Positions 10,597 through 29,790 of a stretch of 64,000 nt of DNA are shown here, one piece after another. The notes beneath the pieces were generated by a model. The model saw nothing but the letters and a program-made list of their open reading frames with translations, ran no database searches and had not been told where the DNA came from. Every line of letters starts with the position of its first letter. Position 1 is the first letter of the stretch. Made by a program: the position numbers and the translations under genes. Source of the DNA: Macrostomum lignano (lineage: Eukaryota); contig NIVC01001641.1 in assembly GCA_002269645.1 (NCBI GenBank), forward strand, positions 1 to 64,000, given 5' to 3'.

Positions 10597-13311
10597 TTAA
10601 ATAGACCTGGGTGCCACCAGCTTGCAAATACCAACTGTGGACAGTAACGCCATAATTACCAGAGCAAAGACCAACACGGCTGTCTGAGTTCCGAAATCCA
10701 GTCTTCCTTCAGCATCCTCGATGTCTTTCTTATCTTTCCTCTGCTCGGCAGAGAGTGTGACAGGTACAGAAACTGTGGTAGAGGTGCTCTCTGATTGTTG
10801 TGACGCTGATGAAGCCTCTGTAGTTGTAGTTGGTGTAGTTGTGGTTGTAGTTGATGTACTTGTTGAAGTTGTTGTGGTCATCGGCGTAGTTGTCGTCGTG
10901 CTTGTTGACGTGGTTGTCGTGGTTGTTGACGTGGTCGTCGTGGTTGTTGGCATGGTAGTCGTGGTTGTTGGTGTAGTCGTCGTCGTTGTAGTCGTTGAAG
11001 TAGCTGACGGAGTCGTTGATGATGGTGCAGATGTCGAAGCAGCAGTGGTTTCTACCGCTGTTGGAGGTTGAGTAGGCGGTGGAGTGCTGGAGAGTTCACT
11101 TTCAAAGCTGCAGTTTGCATAGAGGTTGATTTTTTTACTACTGTTTTCACCGCTCTGAATCTCGATAAGCATGAAGCTCCCAGTCGAGGGGTTTAAAAGC
11201 TGGCAAACAACTGGCCAGTAAGAGGTACTAACTGATTGGAACACCTGGACCAGTCGGTCGGCATTGTCCCCAGTTGAAATTCCGTTCACTAGAACGTTGC
11301 CCCATTGCAGCACCATGTTGCTGGCGTCCCCGAGTATCCGAAAGGACACGCTGGCAGCCGACGGCTCGACCAGGCTAGTGGTGTCTCGGTTGGTCCACAT
11401 CAGCTCTGAATCGGACGAGTTCAAAGCCAGAATGCACCAGGCCAGCTTTGCAGCAGATTCCTCTGCTGTGGCATTGGCTGCCGGGCACGGGTTGAACCGC
11501 AATGCGGTTCTGTTGACCAAGTTCACAGTGACAGTCGGGTTGGCGGAGTCCGCGCAAACCTCCGTCCAATTCGCGTCGCCCTGGAGGAAAACTTTTAAAA
11601 AGGCGTCTCCCAGTGCCAGGCTGGAACTGCTGTCGCAGGGTGCCACGTAAAGGTCAAGGGTAGCTCTGACTACGGTAGGTGTAGTGGCGCCGGAGTCCAA
11701 CCCGATCACGATTTCGTCGACCGCATTCACGAGGACAGCCCCGTCAGCTTTGGATGCGTTGCAGAAGTTAAGGCCCCCAAACGTCTGCTCAGTCAGAAGT
11801 CGCTGCAGTGTGGGGCCCCAGTAGCCACCGGAGGAGCTTTGGACGGCCGGGACTGGGAGAGTTTCGTTGGAACTGTTGGCTGGAGCACCCAGCACCAGGG
11901 TAGGCTGTACAAGACTCCCACAGTCCATATGCATATCCACGGTTTCATTGTTGTCAGAGATTGTCACTAGCAAGTCCTCCGTAGCATTGAGAACACTGCA
12001 GATAAGCAGCCACCATCTTTGCCCCGGAGCCGTTGAAATGGACGTCAAAAACCGCCTGTACGCGTTGATTTGGCGACATGGAATCTTCGAGCAGGCCAGA
12101 GTTCACTTGAACGCGATACCAAGTGGCATTCGACAGTGAATCCGTGCTGCTACTGAGCATTACAGATGCTGTGGTGTTGCTGTCTCTGGGCTCTGGTAGA
12201 GTTCGATTGACCCACACGGGGTCCCAGTTGGCTGTGTAGGTCACCAGCACCCACGCGGTCACCTGCTGCTCAGTGATTCCAGAATGCTGTACTTCATAGT
12301 TCCTGGGCTGCAAAGTGTTCTGTAACTCTGGTGTAACTGACGACTGCAGGTAAATAGCCAGGTTGATCGTGTTGTCGCAGATGTCTCGCCATTGAATCAC
12401 AGTCGGCATTCCCGCTACTAAATAAGTTTGAGTGGCATCTACTGAACTTCCACTGCAGAAGATGACGTATAGTTTAATGCTTGACTTCACCGAGTAGACT
12501 AAACCTGGCGTGTTCGCGTCCGTGATGTTGTAAGCGTCTACCGCCTCTAACACAACGCTCTTCGATGGAGGCGCGTTGCACAGCCGAAAACCAAAGAATT
12601 GGCGAGTGGCCAACTCCGAGCTGAAGGCCTGCGTCCAAACCAGGGCCTGGGACGGCTGCTGATGCAACGCGCAGATGGTCAGCAGGGCCAGAAGCGGCGC
12701 AGCTGTGGCAGCGGCGTTGGCTGCAATGAGTTAAAATATCAGAAACTTCTCAAACCCAATTTGCATGTCCGTTAGTCTTTTAATTACCCTAAATCTTTGT
12801 CTCAGTCTATATCCTAGAGTAGCACCAAAACGAATCTACGTATCGAATCTACGCACTCCTTCAGAGTCACAACCCCAAATCAATGTACTTTTAATGCCTT
12901 GAGAATCTCTTCAGTTTAGATTGGTTTTGAGTGTAAAGAAATGACACAGGTGAACGAAAATTCCCAGCCATCTAAACGTAAATCGAGAGTCTTGCAGTTC
13001 AAACGAAATGTTCTAGAATGCCGCTTCATTTGAAAACGTTTCAAGCAGCTACTGCAGTACTTTCCGGCGATTTTTTGCTATCTAATTGGCCGCTAATGAT
13101 TTCAAGTGAAAAAATACTTTGAAGCAGGTTCTCTGTCTCGGTAACTTGAAGCAAAGTTCATTAGTTATTTTTTTGCTGAGATTCTGCCGCAGGAAACGTG
13201 CCACTGCTTGATTTGATTTTAGTTCAAGTGACTCGGTTGCAGCTAGTTATGTTACACAGATGCAAACTGTGAAAATTAAGCCATAAATTATTATCTATGA
13301 CACTTACGCAT
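10597..13311 (-). CDS. Uncharacterised type I membrane glycoprotein (~708 aa): signal peptide, two homologous Cys-containing ectodomains, Thr-rich mucin stalk, TM, short tail; one +1 frameshift
   Basis: Micro-exon ATGC 13308-13311 (GTAAGT donor) joins an acceptor at 12720 giving MPNAAATAAPLLALLTICALHQ. ORFs 11954-12667 and 10597-12048 overlap in different frames; total 2128 nt = 3n+1. TM segment AVLVFALVIMALLSTVGIC; many NxS/T sites. Confidence 0.75.
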
Positions 13312-13819
13312 GGCTGCTGAGTCTCACCGGGGCGAATACCTTATAGCAGTGGCTGCAAGACGCTTCTAGTCAGCTCAGAGTTGAGGCCCGTCATTGATGG
13401 ACCGAGCCAGAGCTCTCACTGCGTGAGCTTTTTATTCCGGCCTTCTGCGCGCACAAGTGTTGAGCTGGGGTTGTCATTCTTCGGGTGCAATTGGAATTCG
13501 CGTGGACAGACGCACGCAGGGGTCACCTGAGCATTCGTGGTTAAGTGTTTGCCATGGGTGGCTAAGGGTAGGTTAGTCCCTGTCTTTTATTGTCTCAGAA
13601 ACAAACAGAGCCCATCTCCATCTTCTGAGCTATACGCTACTCAAATACTTGAACGCCCTCGCACAACAGCAGATTGAAGACAACTGCCGCTTGTTTTTGC
13701 CTCTCTGCGTCGACTTTTTGCCGGCCTCTCTCTACCCTAGCCGAGACAGAAGATGATAGTTAAAGCAATGGAAGGGGCTTAGGCAGAAATACAACCGAAG
13801 ATGCCGCTGAACTCCCTCC

Positions 13820-14102
13820 ACACAGCTATCCATTCATAATAGCTATCCATCCATATAGCTATCCATCCACACAGCTATCCATCCACATAGCTATCCATCC
13901 ATATAGCTATCCATCCACACAGCTATCCATCCACACAGCTATCCATTCATAATAGCTATCCATCCACACAGCTATCCATCCAAATAGCTATCCATCCACA
14001 CAGCTATCCATCCACATAGCTATCCATCCACACAGCTATCCATCCACATAGCTATCCATCCACACAGCTATCCATCCATATACATGTAGCTATCCATCCA
14101 CA
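13820..14102. repeat. ~17-bp minisatellite (agctatccatccacac)
   Basis: About 15 tandem copies. Confidence 0.92.
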
Positions 14103-14987
14103 TAACGATCCCCTTAAATTAACGATACCTCAGCAACTCGTTAATTAGTCCCGGAAAATACGCATATAGCTGCCTGGTTATTGAAATTCAGAGGTTCAGA
14201 AGGCTTCTTTTTCGTTAAATGTTCCTCAAATTAGTGCAGCTGCTTTCTGCTTCAGTTCAGTTGTCAATTGAAAGGCTAGCGTGCCTTTGCCTTTGCTTGC
14301 CAACCATCCACTGTTTCAATTCAGCCTCTCGTGACTTCCCCCAGGGTTGGGTATTCAGTTATTCAGAGTGGTCCTTCTTATTCAGTCCAAGAGCAACTGA
14401 TTTTTCGTGCAAAGCATCAGGTATCCAGTGTATTTCCACAAAAACAGATAGACTCGATAAATCTATTCAAACGCAGAGGTTTCTAAAAGTCTAAAAGTGC
14501 CACAACAGAATGACTGCAATGCACTTTGCAGTGACGCAATACAACAGAATAGCGTAGCCAGGTTTTGCTTGCGTGTTAAATAAGCGCGAATCTTTGACGA
14601 GCCTGAGCTGTCACGATCTCAATCTGGAAGGAGTCTTCTGAAAAGCGCATCCCTAATCCTCCTAATCCAGAGTAGGATAGGGATTAGCGTTTAATCCACA
14701 CTAATTCCAATGGATTTGGATTTCACATAGTCCAAAAGCTTTGACTCGACGACTGAATTCAAGAAAAGTTCGAATTGTAATTTCTTAAATCGTCATCGCG
14801 TGTTGAAGCGGCTGTTGACTTGACCGACTGAATCTGCTAAGGAGTCTTCTTATACAGGACTTTTCTGGGTTTAGAAAAATGCCAATCCAATTTCTTGTCT
14901 GAGTTGGGAGTTTCCATTCGGTAAAATATCATGAATTAACCATTTTCAGCTTAAAGTAAGACATACGTCTTATAATGACTGAGGGAT

Positions 14988-15472
14988 TGGAGAGGCAGAC
15001 TCAGGGACTGATCAGGGAGCTGAGAGGCAGACTCAGGGACTGATCAGGGAGCTGAGAGGCAGACTCAGGGACTGATCAGGGAGCTGAGAGGCAGACTCAG
15101 GGACTGATCAGGGAGCTGAGAGGCAGACTCAGGGACTGATCAGGGAGCTGAGAGGCAGACTCAGGGACTGATCAGGGAGCTGAGAGGCAGACTCATGGAC
15201 TGATCAGGGAGCTGAGAGGCAGACTCAGGGACTGATCAGGAAGCTGATAGGCAGACTCATGGACTGATCAGGGAGCTGAGAGGCAGACTCAGGGACTGAT
15301 CAGGGAGCGGAGAGGCAGACTCAGGGACTGATCAGGAAGCTGAGAGGCAGACTCAGGGACTGATCAGGGAGCTGAGAGGCAGACTCAGGGACTGATCAGG
15401 GAGCGGAGAGGCAGACTCAGGGACTGATCAGGGAGCTGATAGGCAGACTCAGGGACTGATCAGGGAGCGGAG
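14988..15472. repeat. 32-bp minisatellite (agaggcagactcagggactgatcagggagctg)
   Basis: About 15 highly similar copies, period 32; ends ~45 bp past the GPCR stop codon. Confidence 0.96.
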
Positions 15473-15514
15473 GTTCCCTCAGTTTGTCAGCAGTTGACTG
15501 AAAGTCGGCAATTT

Positions 15515-22909
<7,395 letters not shown>

Positions 22910-24011
22910 GATGCTGACTATGCGTAGCTCTGGATATTGCCGACCGAGGAGCCCCCTTTCAAAACGAGCGCTTTTACCGCTCCATCACTGCGTTAGTTTA
23001 TAAAAAGCGAGCGCAGAGTCTCAGCAGTGCCTCCCCCCTAAGCCACTGCGTCCCTCTGCCAGGAGAAAGTGGCTCCGGACAGCCAATCAGAGCTCGGCGC
23101 ATGGGCAAACAATCTGCAAGGGGATCCGCCTCGCAAAGGCTTGAGAGAGAGACACAGGGAGGGATAAGAACCCGGGGGCAGGAGTATACATCATCATCAT
23201 TGTCATGGTCTGCAGCGAAACAGCTTATGGTTGTTGTTTTTTAGTTTCTACCTCTGGACGCGGCCAAATCTCTCTAAATCCTGTACTTTTTGACAGCGAC
23301 TGTGAGGGGCACTTCAAGCGGGAAAGACTGTTGAGAGAGGCCTTGAACTGAAGGAATTCTGGGAAGAGAGGCGCGCAGAAAGCAGCTGTAGTAGGAATTT
23401 CTCCGTTTCGTCGGACTGCCCTGTCAAACTCACTGCATTCAGGCGCACCTCAGCTACACTGCGGTACTCATTACTGGCTGTACTGCCAATCCAGGTGTGG
23501 AAATTTGCCAAACTAATCGCTGCCGTACAGTTGCCAACTCAGTAGGAATCCGGAAGAGAAATATTTAAAAGTATGTGAACACAGCGGAATTGATTAAGTT
23601 GATGAAATTTCAAGTTGCATGAGAAACTTAGTCAAATATATTACTATTAGTAGAAGTGATTTCTGCTAAATGAAATATCGAAGTGATCTAAAAATGAACT
23701 TAAACTCGTTCTTTTTCTTCTTATCTGTTCATCGGAAGACTATAAGCTTAGCAAATTGGTAAAAGTACAAACGAATACACAATCGTAAACAAAAATCTGG
23801 TTATACCCAATATTCTTTAGGGCGAAGTTGGGCCATAGAAATAAATAAAAAACAGGGTTTCGACTGAACACAATCGTTTTGAAAAATACTCTGGCAGAGA
23901 GTGGTTTGTAATTGCTTGGAGACAGCTGTTTGCTTATTGAATATAACAAAAGTTCAACTATTCTTTCCTCCAGTCTTTGCTTAAATCAGAGGATTAAGAG
24001 AGAAAGTTCCA

Positions 24012-27000
24012 ATGCAGTCGTTTCTGACGCCGCTCGTTCTGCTTCTTCTGGTTGTTCATTTGGCAATTGGCCTGCAGGCGAAGCCCGGACAAGGTGACTT
24101 GGGCGATGCTCCAGGTAAGCCATGAGGAGCTCTTCTTAATTTGAATCTCTGCTTTTATAACGTAATAATTGTAAAAAGGAAAGATCCTTTCCACCCTGCA
24201 AGTCGGAGGCGAGGTACTGTCACCTGTGTCTGCGAGACCCAATTAGTTGTCAGAGGTATTGTCACCTGTGTCTGCGAGACCCAATTAATTGTCAGAGGTA
24301 CTGTCACCTGTTCCTGAGTGACCCTAAAAGGCAGGAATGTTCCCACCTGTGTATTTAATGACCCTGATTGTCAAGGGCACTGTCACCTGTGTATTTAATG
24401 ACCCGGATTGTCGGGGGTATTGTCATCTGTGTATTTAATAACCCTGATTGTCGGGGGTATTGTCACCTGTGTATTTAATAACCCTGATAGTCAAGGGCAC
24501 TGTCACCTGTGTATTTAATGACCCTGAATGTCAGGGGTATTGTCGCCTGTGTATTTATTGATCTTAAAAGTGGGGGTATTGTCACCTGTGTATTTTAGCT
24601 CGTATGACTCTGACTGCAAGTGGTTTTCTAAAACCCGCCCGCACCTCCTTTCCAGCAGGAGTCGCCGATCACAGAAAGCCCCCGCGCATCCTGGACTTCA
24701 AAGTCTACGGCCTGTACAAGTGGCTGAGCTGGTCGGCGCCGCTCAGGGAACTCACCGGGGAGCAGGTGGTGTCGGGGAATTTCTACCTCGAACTGTTGTA
24801 CAACGGAGAGGATCTGGGTTCGAAGCCCGACCCGGCTGGAAACGGTGAGTTAATGAACTCTTGTTAAAACTTCATTGGGCTTTGCTTAAATTGTCACCGA
24901 CTATAGTCACAGTGTCAATTGATTTCAGTGACAATTGACTGCCAGTGACAATTGACTGTCAGTGACAATTGACTGTCAGTGACAATTGACTGTCAGTGAC
25001 TATTGACTGCCAGTGACAATTGACTGCCAGTGACAATTGACTGTCAGTGACAATTGACTGTCAGTGACAATTGACTGCCAGTGACAATTGACTGCCAGTG
25101 ACAATTGACTGTCAGTGACAATTGACTGTCAGTGACAATTGAATGTCAGTAACATTCAAAGTTCATATTTTTGCTTTAAACTCGTCCTCACGCAGACCAG
25201 CTATCCATCAAACTGCCCGACCTCGGGTCCAACTTGCTGGATGTCACCGACGTGTTGATCCTGTTCAAAAGCGAACACCTCGGCAACAAGTCCCTGACTT
25301 GTTCGTTTCCGCTGGCTAGAATGGGAAAAAATCTGTGCAACTTCACCACTGTCAACAAGTACATTGCCTTGGTGGTTAGAGGTAAGATTCGAAAGTTTTA
25401 TGCCGAAGATTTTAAAACAATACTTTTCAAGCCTTTTGCAGCGTTCAGAGTGCCTTCCTCTATCAGTAATATTGATATTCCTATTGAACTTCAAATTGTT
25501 GACCTTTTTAAGTGCAATTTTTGCTCACTCTAAAGTGGCGCCAAGACGCCTTTATCTGCCTCGCTTATGATTTGGAATAAAGACTGAGGCTTGCATACCG
25601 AGCGGAATTTCGGGTGCTACTGTTAACGCACGTCACCGCATGGTAATATTAGTGAACGCTTAAAGAGGATGTGAACTCAAGAGTCAAAATGGAGCCCGAA
25701 ACATTGGGTCCCGATTTCTCTACGCCAAGTCTTTTCATTTGGAGCCAAACCCTCGTAGCTCCCGTTATGCCTAAAACCGACCACTTTAGTATTTGGGAAT
25801 CTCTATGGGGAGAAATGGGATAAATGGGGTTTTCATGTGAACTTAAAGCTCTATAGAACGGAGCCTGAAGCATTGGGTCTCGGTTTCTCTAAGCCAATCC
25901 CTTCATTTGGAGATTCAAATGCTTAAATGACGAGATGACCATGATAAACGCTCTTCTTAATACTTTTTTATGTTATCCCCCCACCCCAGCTCTCATTGTG
26001 TTTCCCCACCTTGATGGAGACGTAAATAACGTCAAAGGGTTTGTATCACACATTTTAGACAGACAATTTCTACCTCGACGAAGTGGACGTTAAGCCGACG
26101 TTTCGAGACGAAGGGTGGTAAACATCATTTTCGCACATTTATATCGTGAAATCCCCATTTCTCCCCATAGAGATCCCCAAATTCTAAAGTGGTCGGTTTT
26201 AGGCACGGCGGGAGCTATTTAGCTCCAAATGAATAGAGAAATCGGAACCAAATGTTTCGGGCTCCATTTTGACTCTTAAGTTCACATCCTCTTTCAATTT
26301 GCATCGCTTTGACTTTGCTTGGACAGAGGACAGAGGCTCGTCTGGTGGCCCGGAGAAACCGGATGAGCCGTGGGAAGTTCTCTGGCCGGCAAGCGTCGTC
26401 CAGGGGACGGGTCCAGGGGACGCGAGTCACTCCCGAAGTGGTGGAGCCGGTCTCGTTTGAACACCCGGCAGTGGCAGACGAAGTGCTTAACTTCCTCGTT
26501 CTCGAGGTTGCAAAAGGGGCAGAGTTTGCTCCGGCGGTCGCTTTGTGGAAATTGCCTGACAAAGCAACCGTGACCTGTGAAGGTCATAGTGAGAGCACGG
26601 GTATCCCTTCGATTTTTGGTTCAGAAGAATTTCCCGCAGCTTAGAAGAGGAGATTGGCGGCAGTTGGGGATTTCGTCCCGAATTTCATCACTATTTGATC
26701 CAACAATCAAGGCGCTGCATGCATTTTAACCAGAGCGAATCCGACTGCACAGCTGTCGCCAGTCCAGCAACCTGAGAGGTGCCGATGGTACATTCTCGTG
26801 CAGCCTGGCCTACGACGAAGAGTGCTCTGTATCAACTAGCCCGAATGTGTCCTTGAGCAGCTGCGCGATGACCAGTGCGAGTCATCGGCCCTGGTGGATG
26901 GCGCAGACTGACAGGAGCTTCCAGTTCGAGCGGATCGAGCTGCACTCGGCTGCCGAGTTCAACCAGTGGACTAAAAACTTCCAACTGTCCGTTGAGAATT

Positions 27001-29023
27001 CTATCTGCGTCAATGGGAAAAACGGAAACTTGTTCGTCAGGAAGTCGTTCAACTGCGAAGCTACCGGCAGCTGGGTCATGGTGACGGCGCTGGACAGCGA
27101 CGTCAGACTCACTATCTGCCAACTGGTGGCTCACGGATCTCCCGGAGGTGAGCAAAGTTTATGGTTATTGCTGAAATATGGCTCATGGGTGGGGTTTTGA
27201 GATGCCAATTGATGTCAGTGTCAATGTCTTTGACTTACTTGCGAGACTTGACTTAGCTTCAGGGGATTCCAGGCATCCGGATACAGCGAGGAGGTGTCGC
27301 CACCCATTCTGCTAAGCCCTGGCAACCACGGGCAGCTGGTGCTGCGGTGTCGCACAGGGAGATCTAGGGTGCCGGTGTCCGCAGCTCGGTCCCCCTCCGG
27401 AGAGCCCGGTAGTCCACAGGTAGCGGACGAGCTGGTAGAGGGTGTCGGGTCTGAAAACGTTAGAGAGGTCCGGGTTTGGGCCGAGTTAGGTGAGCCTGTC
27501 CTGAGTACTCCAAACTCCATGGCACTGCAGGATGTGGCGAAATTTCGAAACCGCAAGCCGACAGCGACGACGACAAGGACGACTCAACTGCCGGCAGCAA
27601 TGGCCAAGCGTGCCAGCGAACCCTGCGAAGCCACCTTGGCCAGGGCAGGGCGGCCTACCCGGGCGGTCTGAACTGCCAGTGGACTCTGGCGCCGCCGCAC
27701 CGGTCAGCCAAGCTGCTGCTCCAGTTCCCGGAGTTCAGCACGGCCGGGCCGCAGGACTATGTGGCCGTGTACGAGGGCGCGAGCGTTGGCGGCAAACTGC
27801 TGGGCAAATTCTACGGCAAGGCGGGCGGCAAAACGGCGCCACCAAGCTACAGCGAGCCGAGCGTCTTCGGCGCCAAGAACTACCTGATGTCTGGCAGCAC
27901 TAGCAACGCTGTGACGGTGCAGTTCGTCACAGCGCGAGTCGCCAACGGAAAGAAGCCGTTGCCTCGCAGTGCGGATAAGTACGGTGGATTTCTGATTAAG
28001 TTCACCATTGTTAAAGGTGAGTTGTTGTCTGCAAAAGACAGTTAAAAAATTGACTAAATTTGCCACACATCTGCTTTAAATTGTGTTACAGACGACGAAT
28101 ATCTCGACAATGGGAAGAGAAGCGACTTTAGTGTAAGACACGGTTTGAAACAAAATTAACAATTGTGTCAACTCGATTCGATGCAAATACTTTCGATGGA
28201 ACGTCTCCTCCACTGTAGGATCCACTTCGAAAGTGCAACCTGCCGTCCTACGCTGAGAAGCTCTACACTCTGTGCTATAATCGAGGCAGAATCAACCCCA
28301 TCTATCTCTATGGAAACAAAACTGGAGGTGAGAGAATGCAAAGTTGACTTCTGGGACAACATTGCCTCAATTTAGAAAAAAGACTCGTTTAGAATTAGGT
28401 GGAAACCTGCAAAGCAAGCTTAACTGATTCGAGATTAATGCGACTCACTGAAAACAAACAAAAGTTACTTGTCATGGAATAGGGTGTCTTCTTTAGGACA
28501 GTATTGATCAATTTAGATAACTGTACCTTCTTCCGATTAATTGGTGACTCATTCATTTTAAAGATGACTCATTGATTTTAAAGATGACTCATTGAGATTA
28601 AAAGTGAATCATTGGAATCAAAGGTGACTCGTTGAGATAAAAGGTGACTCATTCAAATCAAGGTAAGCAAGGTTACTAAGCAATGCTCTATCTCATGGTG
28701 CAGGTAAAATGCTGCAAGCCTACGTTTCAAGCAACGGTAAAATTCCGCTGCCACCAATCAACATTGAGCTGATGGGGGAGAAGCTGGGAGTCACTCTGTT
28801 CCGCGTCCCGGAGATCGAAGCGGACCTGACTGACGCAAAGGTGGGCAGCTGGTGCCGGGCCTACAAAAAGCCGGAGGTGCCGCCGAGGTACTTCAGAGAG
28901 TGTTGCTGCCGATACTGCTCTCTGAGGTACCTGTCCAGGTACTGCATGTGGGACTACAGCAGCACCAGCGATTGCGCGCTGACAACCAACAGGACTGGGC
29001 TGGTGTTTTCGCCACCGCACTGA
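24012..29023 (+). CDS. Secreted multidomain protein (~577 aa): signal peptide, FN3-like domain, insulin B-chain-like motif, F-type lectin (FTP/F5-8C-like) domain, CUB domain, insulin A-chain-like C-terminus
   Basis: Exons 24012-24114 (MQSFLTPLVLLLLVVHLAIGLQA), 24659-24844, 25196-25381, 26734-27147, 27531-28016, 28092-28130, 28704-29023; all phase-1 joins, total 1734 nt in frame. FTP: CRQSS...CAMT...PWWMAQ...LTICQLVAHG. CUB: CQRTL...YPGGLNCQWTL...DYVAVYEG...GFLIKF. The exon 6-7 junction is the least certain. Confidence 0.75.
24195..24600. repeat. ~40-bp degenerate minisatellite (gtattgtcacctgtgtatttaatgaccctg...) in intron 1
   Basis: About 10 diverging copies. Confidence 0.85.
24925..25150. 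repeat. 17-bp minisatellite (cagtgacaattgactgt) in intron 2
   Basis: About 13 copies, each with a CAATTG palindrome. Confidence 0.93.
25664..26292. mobile_element. Non-autonomous DNA transposon (MITE) with ~160-bp imperfect TIRs and a TTAA target site (Kolobok/piggyBac-type)
   Basis: Left agaggatgtgaactcaagagtcaaaatggagcccgaaacatt... is the reverse complement of right ...aatgtttcgggctccattttgactcttaagttcacatcctct; flanks TTAA (25660-63) and TTCA (26293-96). Confidence 0.8.
26300..26640 (-). mobile_element. Non-LTR retrotransposon ORF2 3' fragment (post-RT CCHC zinc knuckle)
   Basis: ORF 26294-26587: TGHGCF...CPFCNLENEEVKHFVCHCRVFKRDR is the typical LINE C-terminal C-X2-C-X8-H-X4-C motif. 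Confidence 0.75.
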
Positions 29024-29790
29024 GCGAACCGAAGGACAAACTAAAAGTACAATCTAATTGATTTTGTAGCAACTATATATGCACCCTAAACAACGACAAA
29101 AAAATAACAAAAAATTCTTCAATGCGAAAAAATTCTCACAAAGCGCGCTTCTTACTACTTGCCTCGATGTATCGTTTAGAAAAATGCTTAAAATATGACA
29201 ATATCTGCTGATTGCACCCTTTGATTCAGAATTCAATAGCTATAGAAATTGTACACAAATTTGCTACCAATCAATCACATTGTTTGAAATCAAAACATTC
29301 TTGCTTTGTCCCGCAAAAACACTCAAAAGCCCAAATTGTCTGAACAGACAAATTTTTCGTATGCTCTACTATTAGTAGCATCAGCCAGACTTTTCTTTTA
29401 TCTCGAACTTCATGCGTTTTAAGTCATAATCCAACACAAACACTATATAATTCATAAGCAGAATAAATATTAATAAATCTTTAGTATTATTAAACTCTTC
29501 TTACTGGCGATTATTTCATCTATTTTATGGAAGTCCGGTCTGGGGTGGTCTGGGCTTGAAGACAGATTGGGCAGCCAGAGTCTGGGCTGGTCCAATCACA
29601 GGGCACACAGGGGGGGGGGAGAAGATTGGCTTACAAGGGGTCGTAAGCCAATCAGTGCGAGCGCGAGAGAGTAAGAGGGTCAGAGAGATGTCAGCTGATT
29701 AGTCCGAACGCTCCGGTTTGCCAGACCAGAAAGATTGCCGAGACGATGGCAGACACCCCACCTAGGGAAAATGGGGTGTCAATGTTGGCC

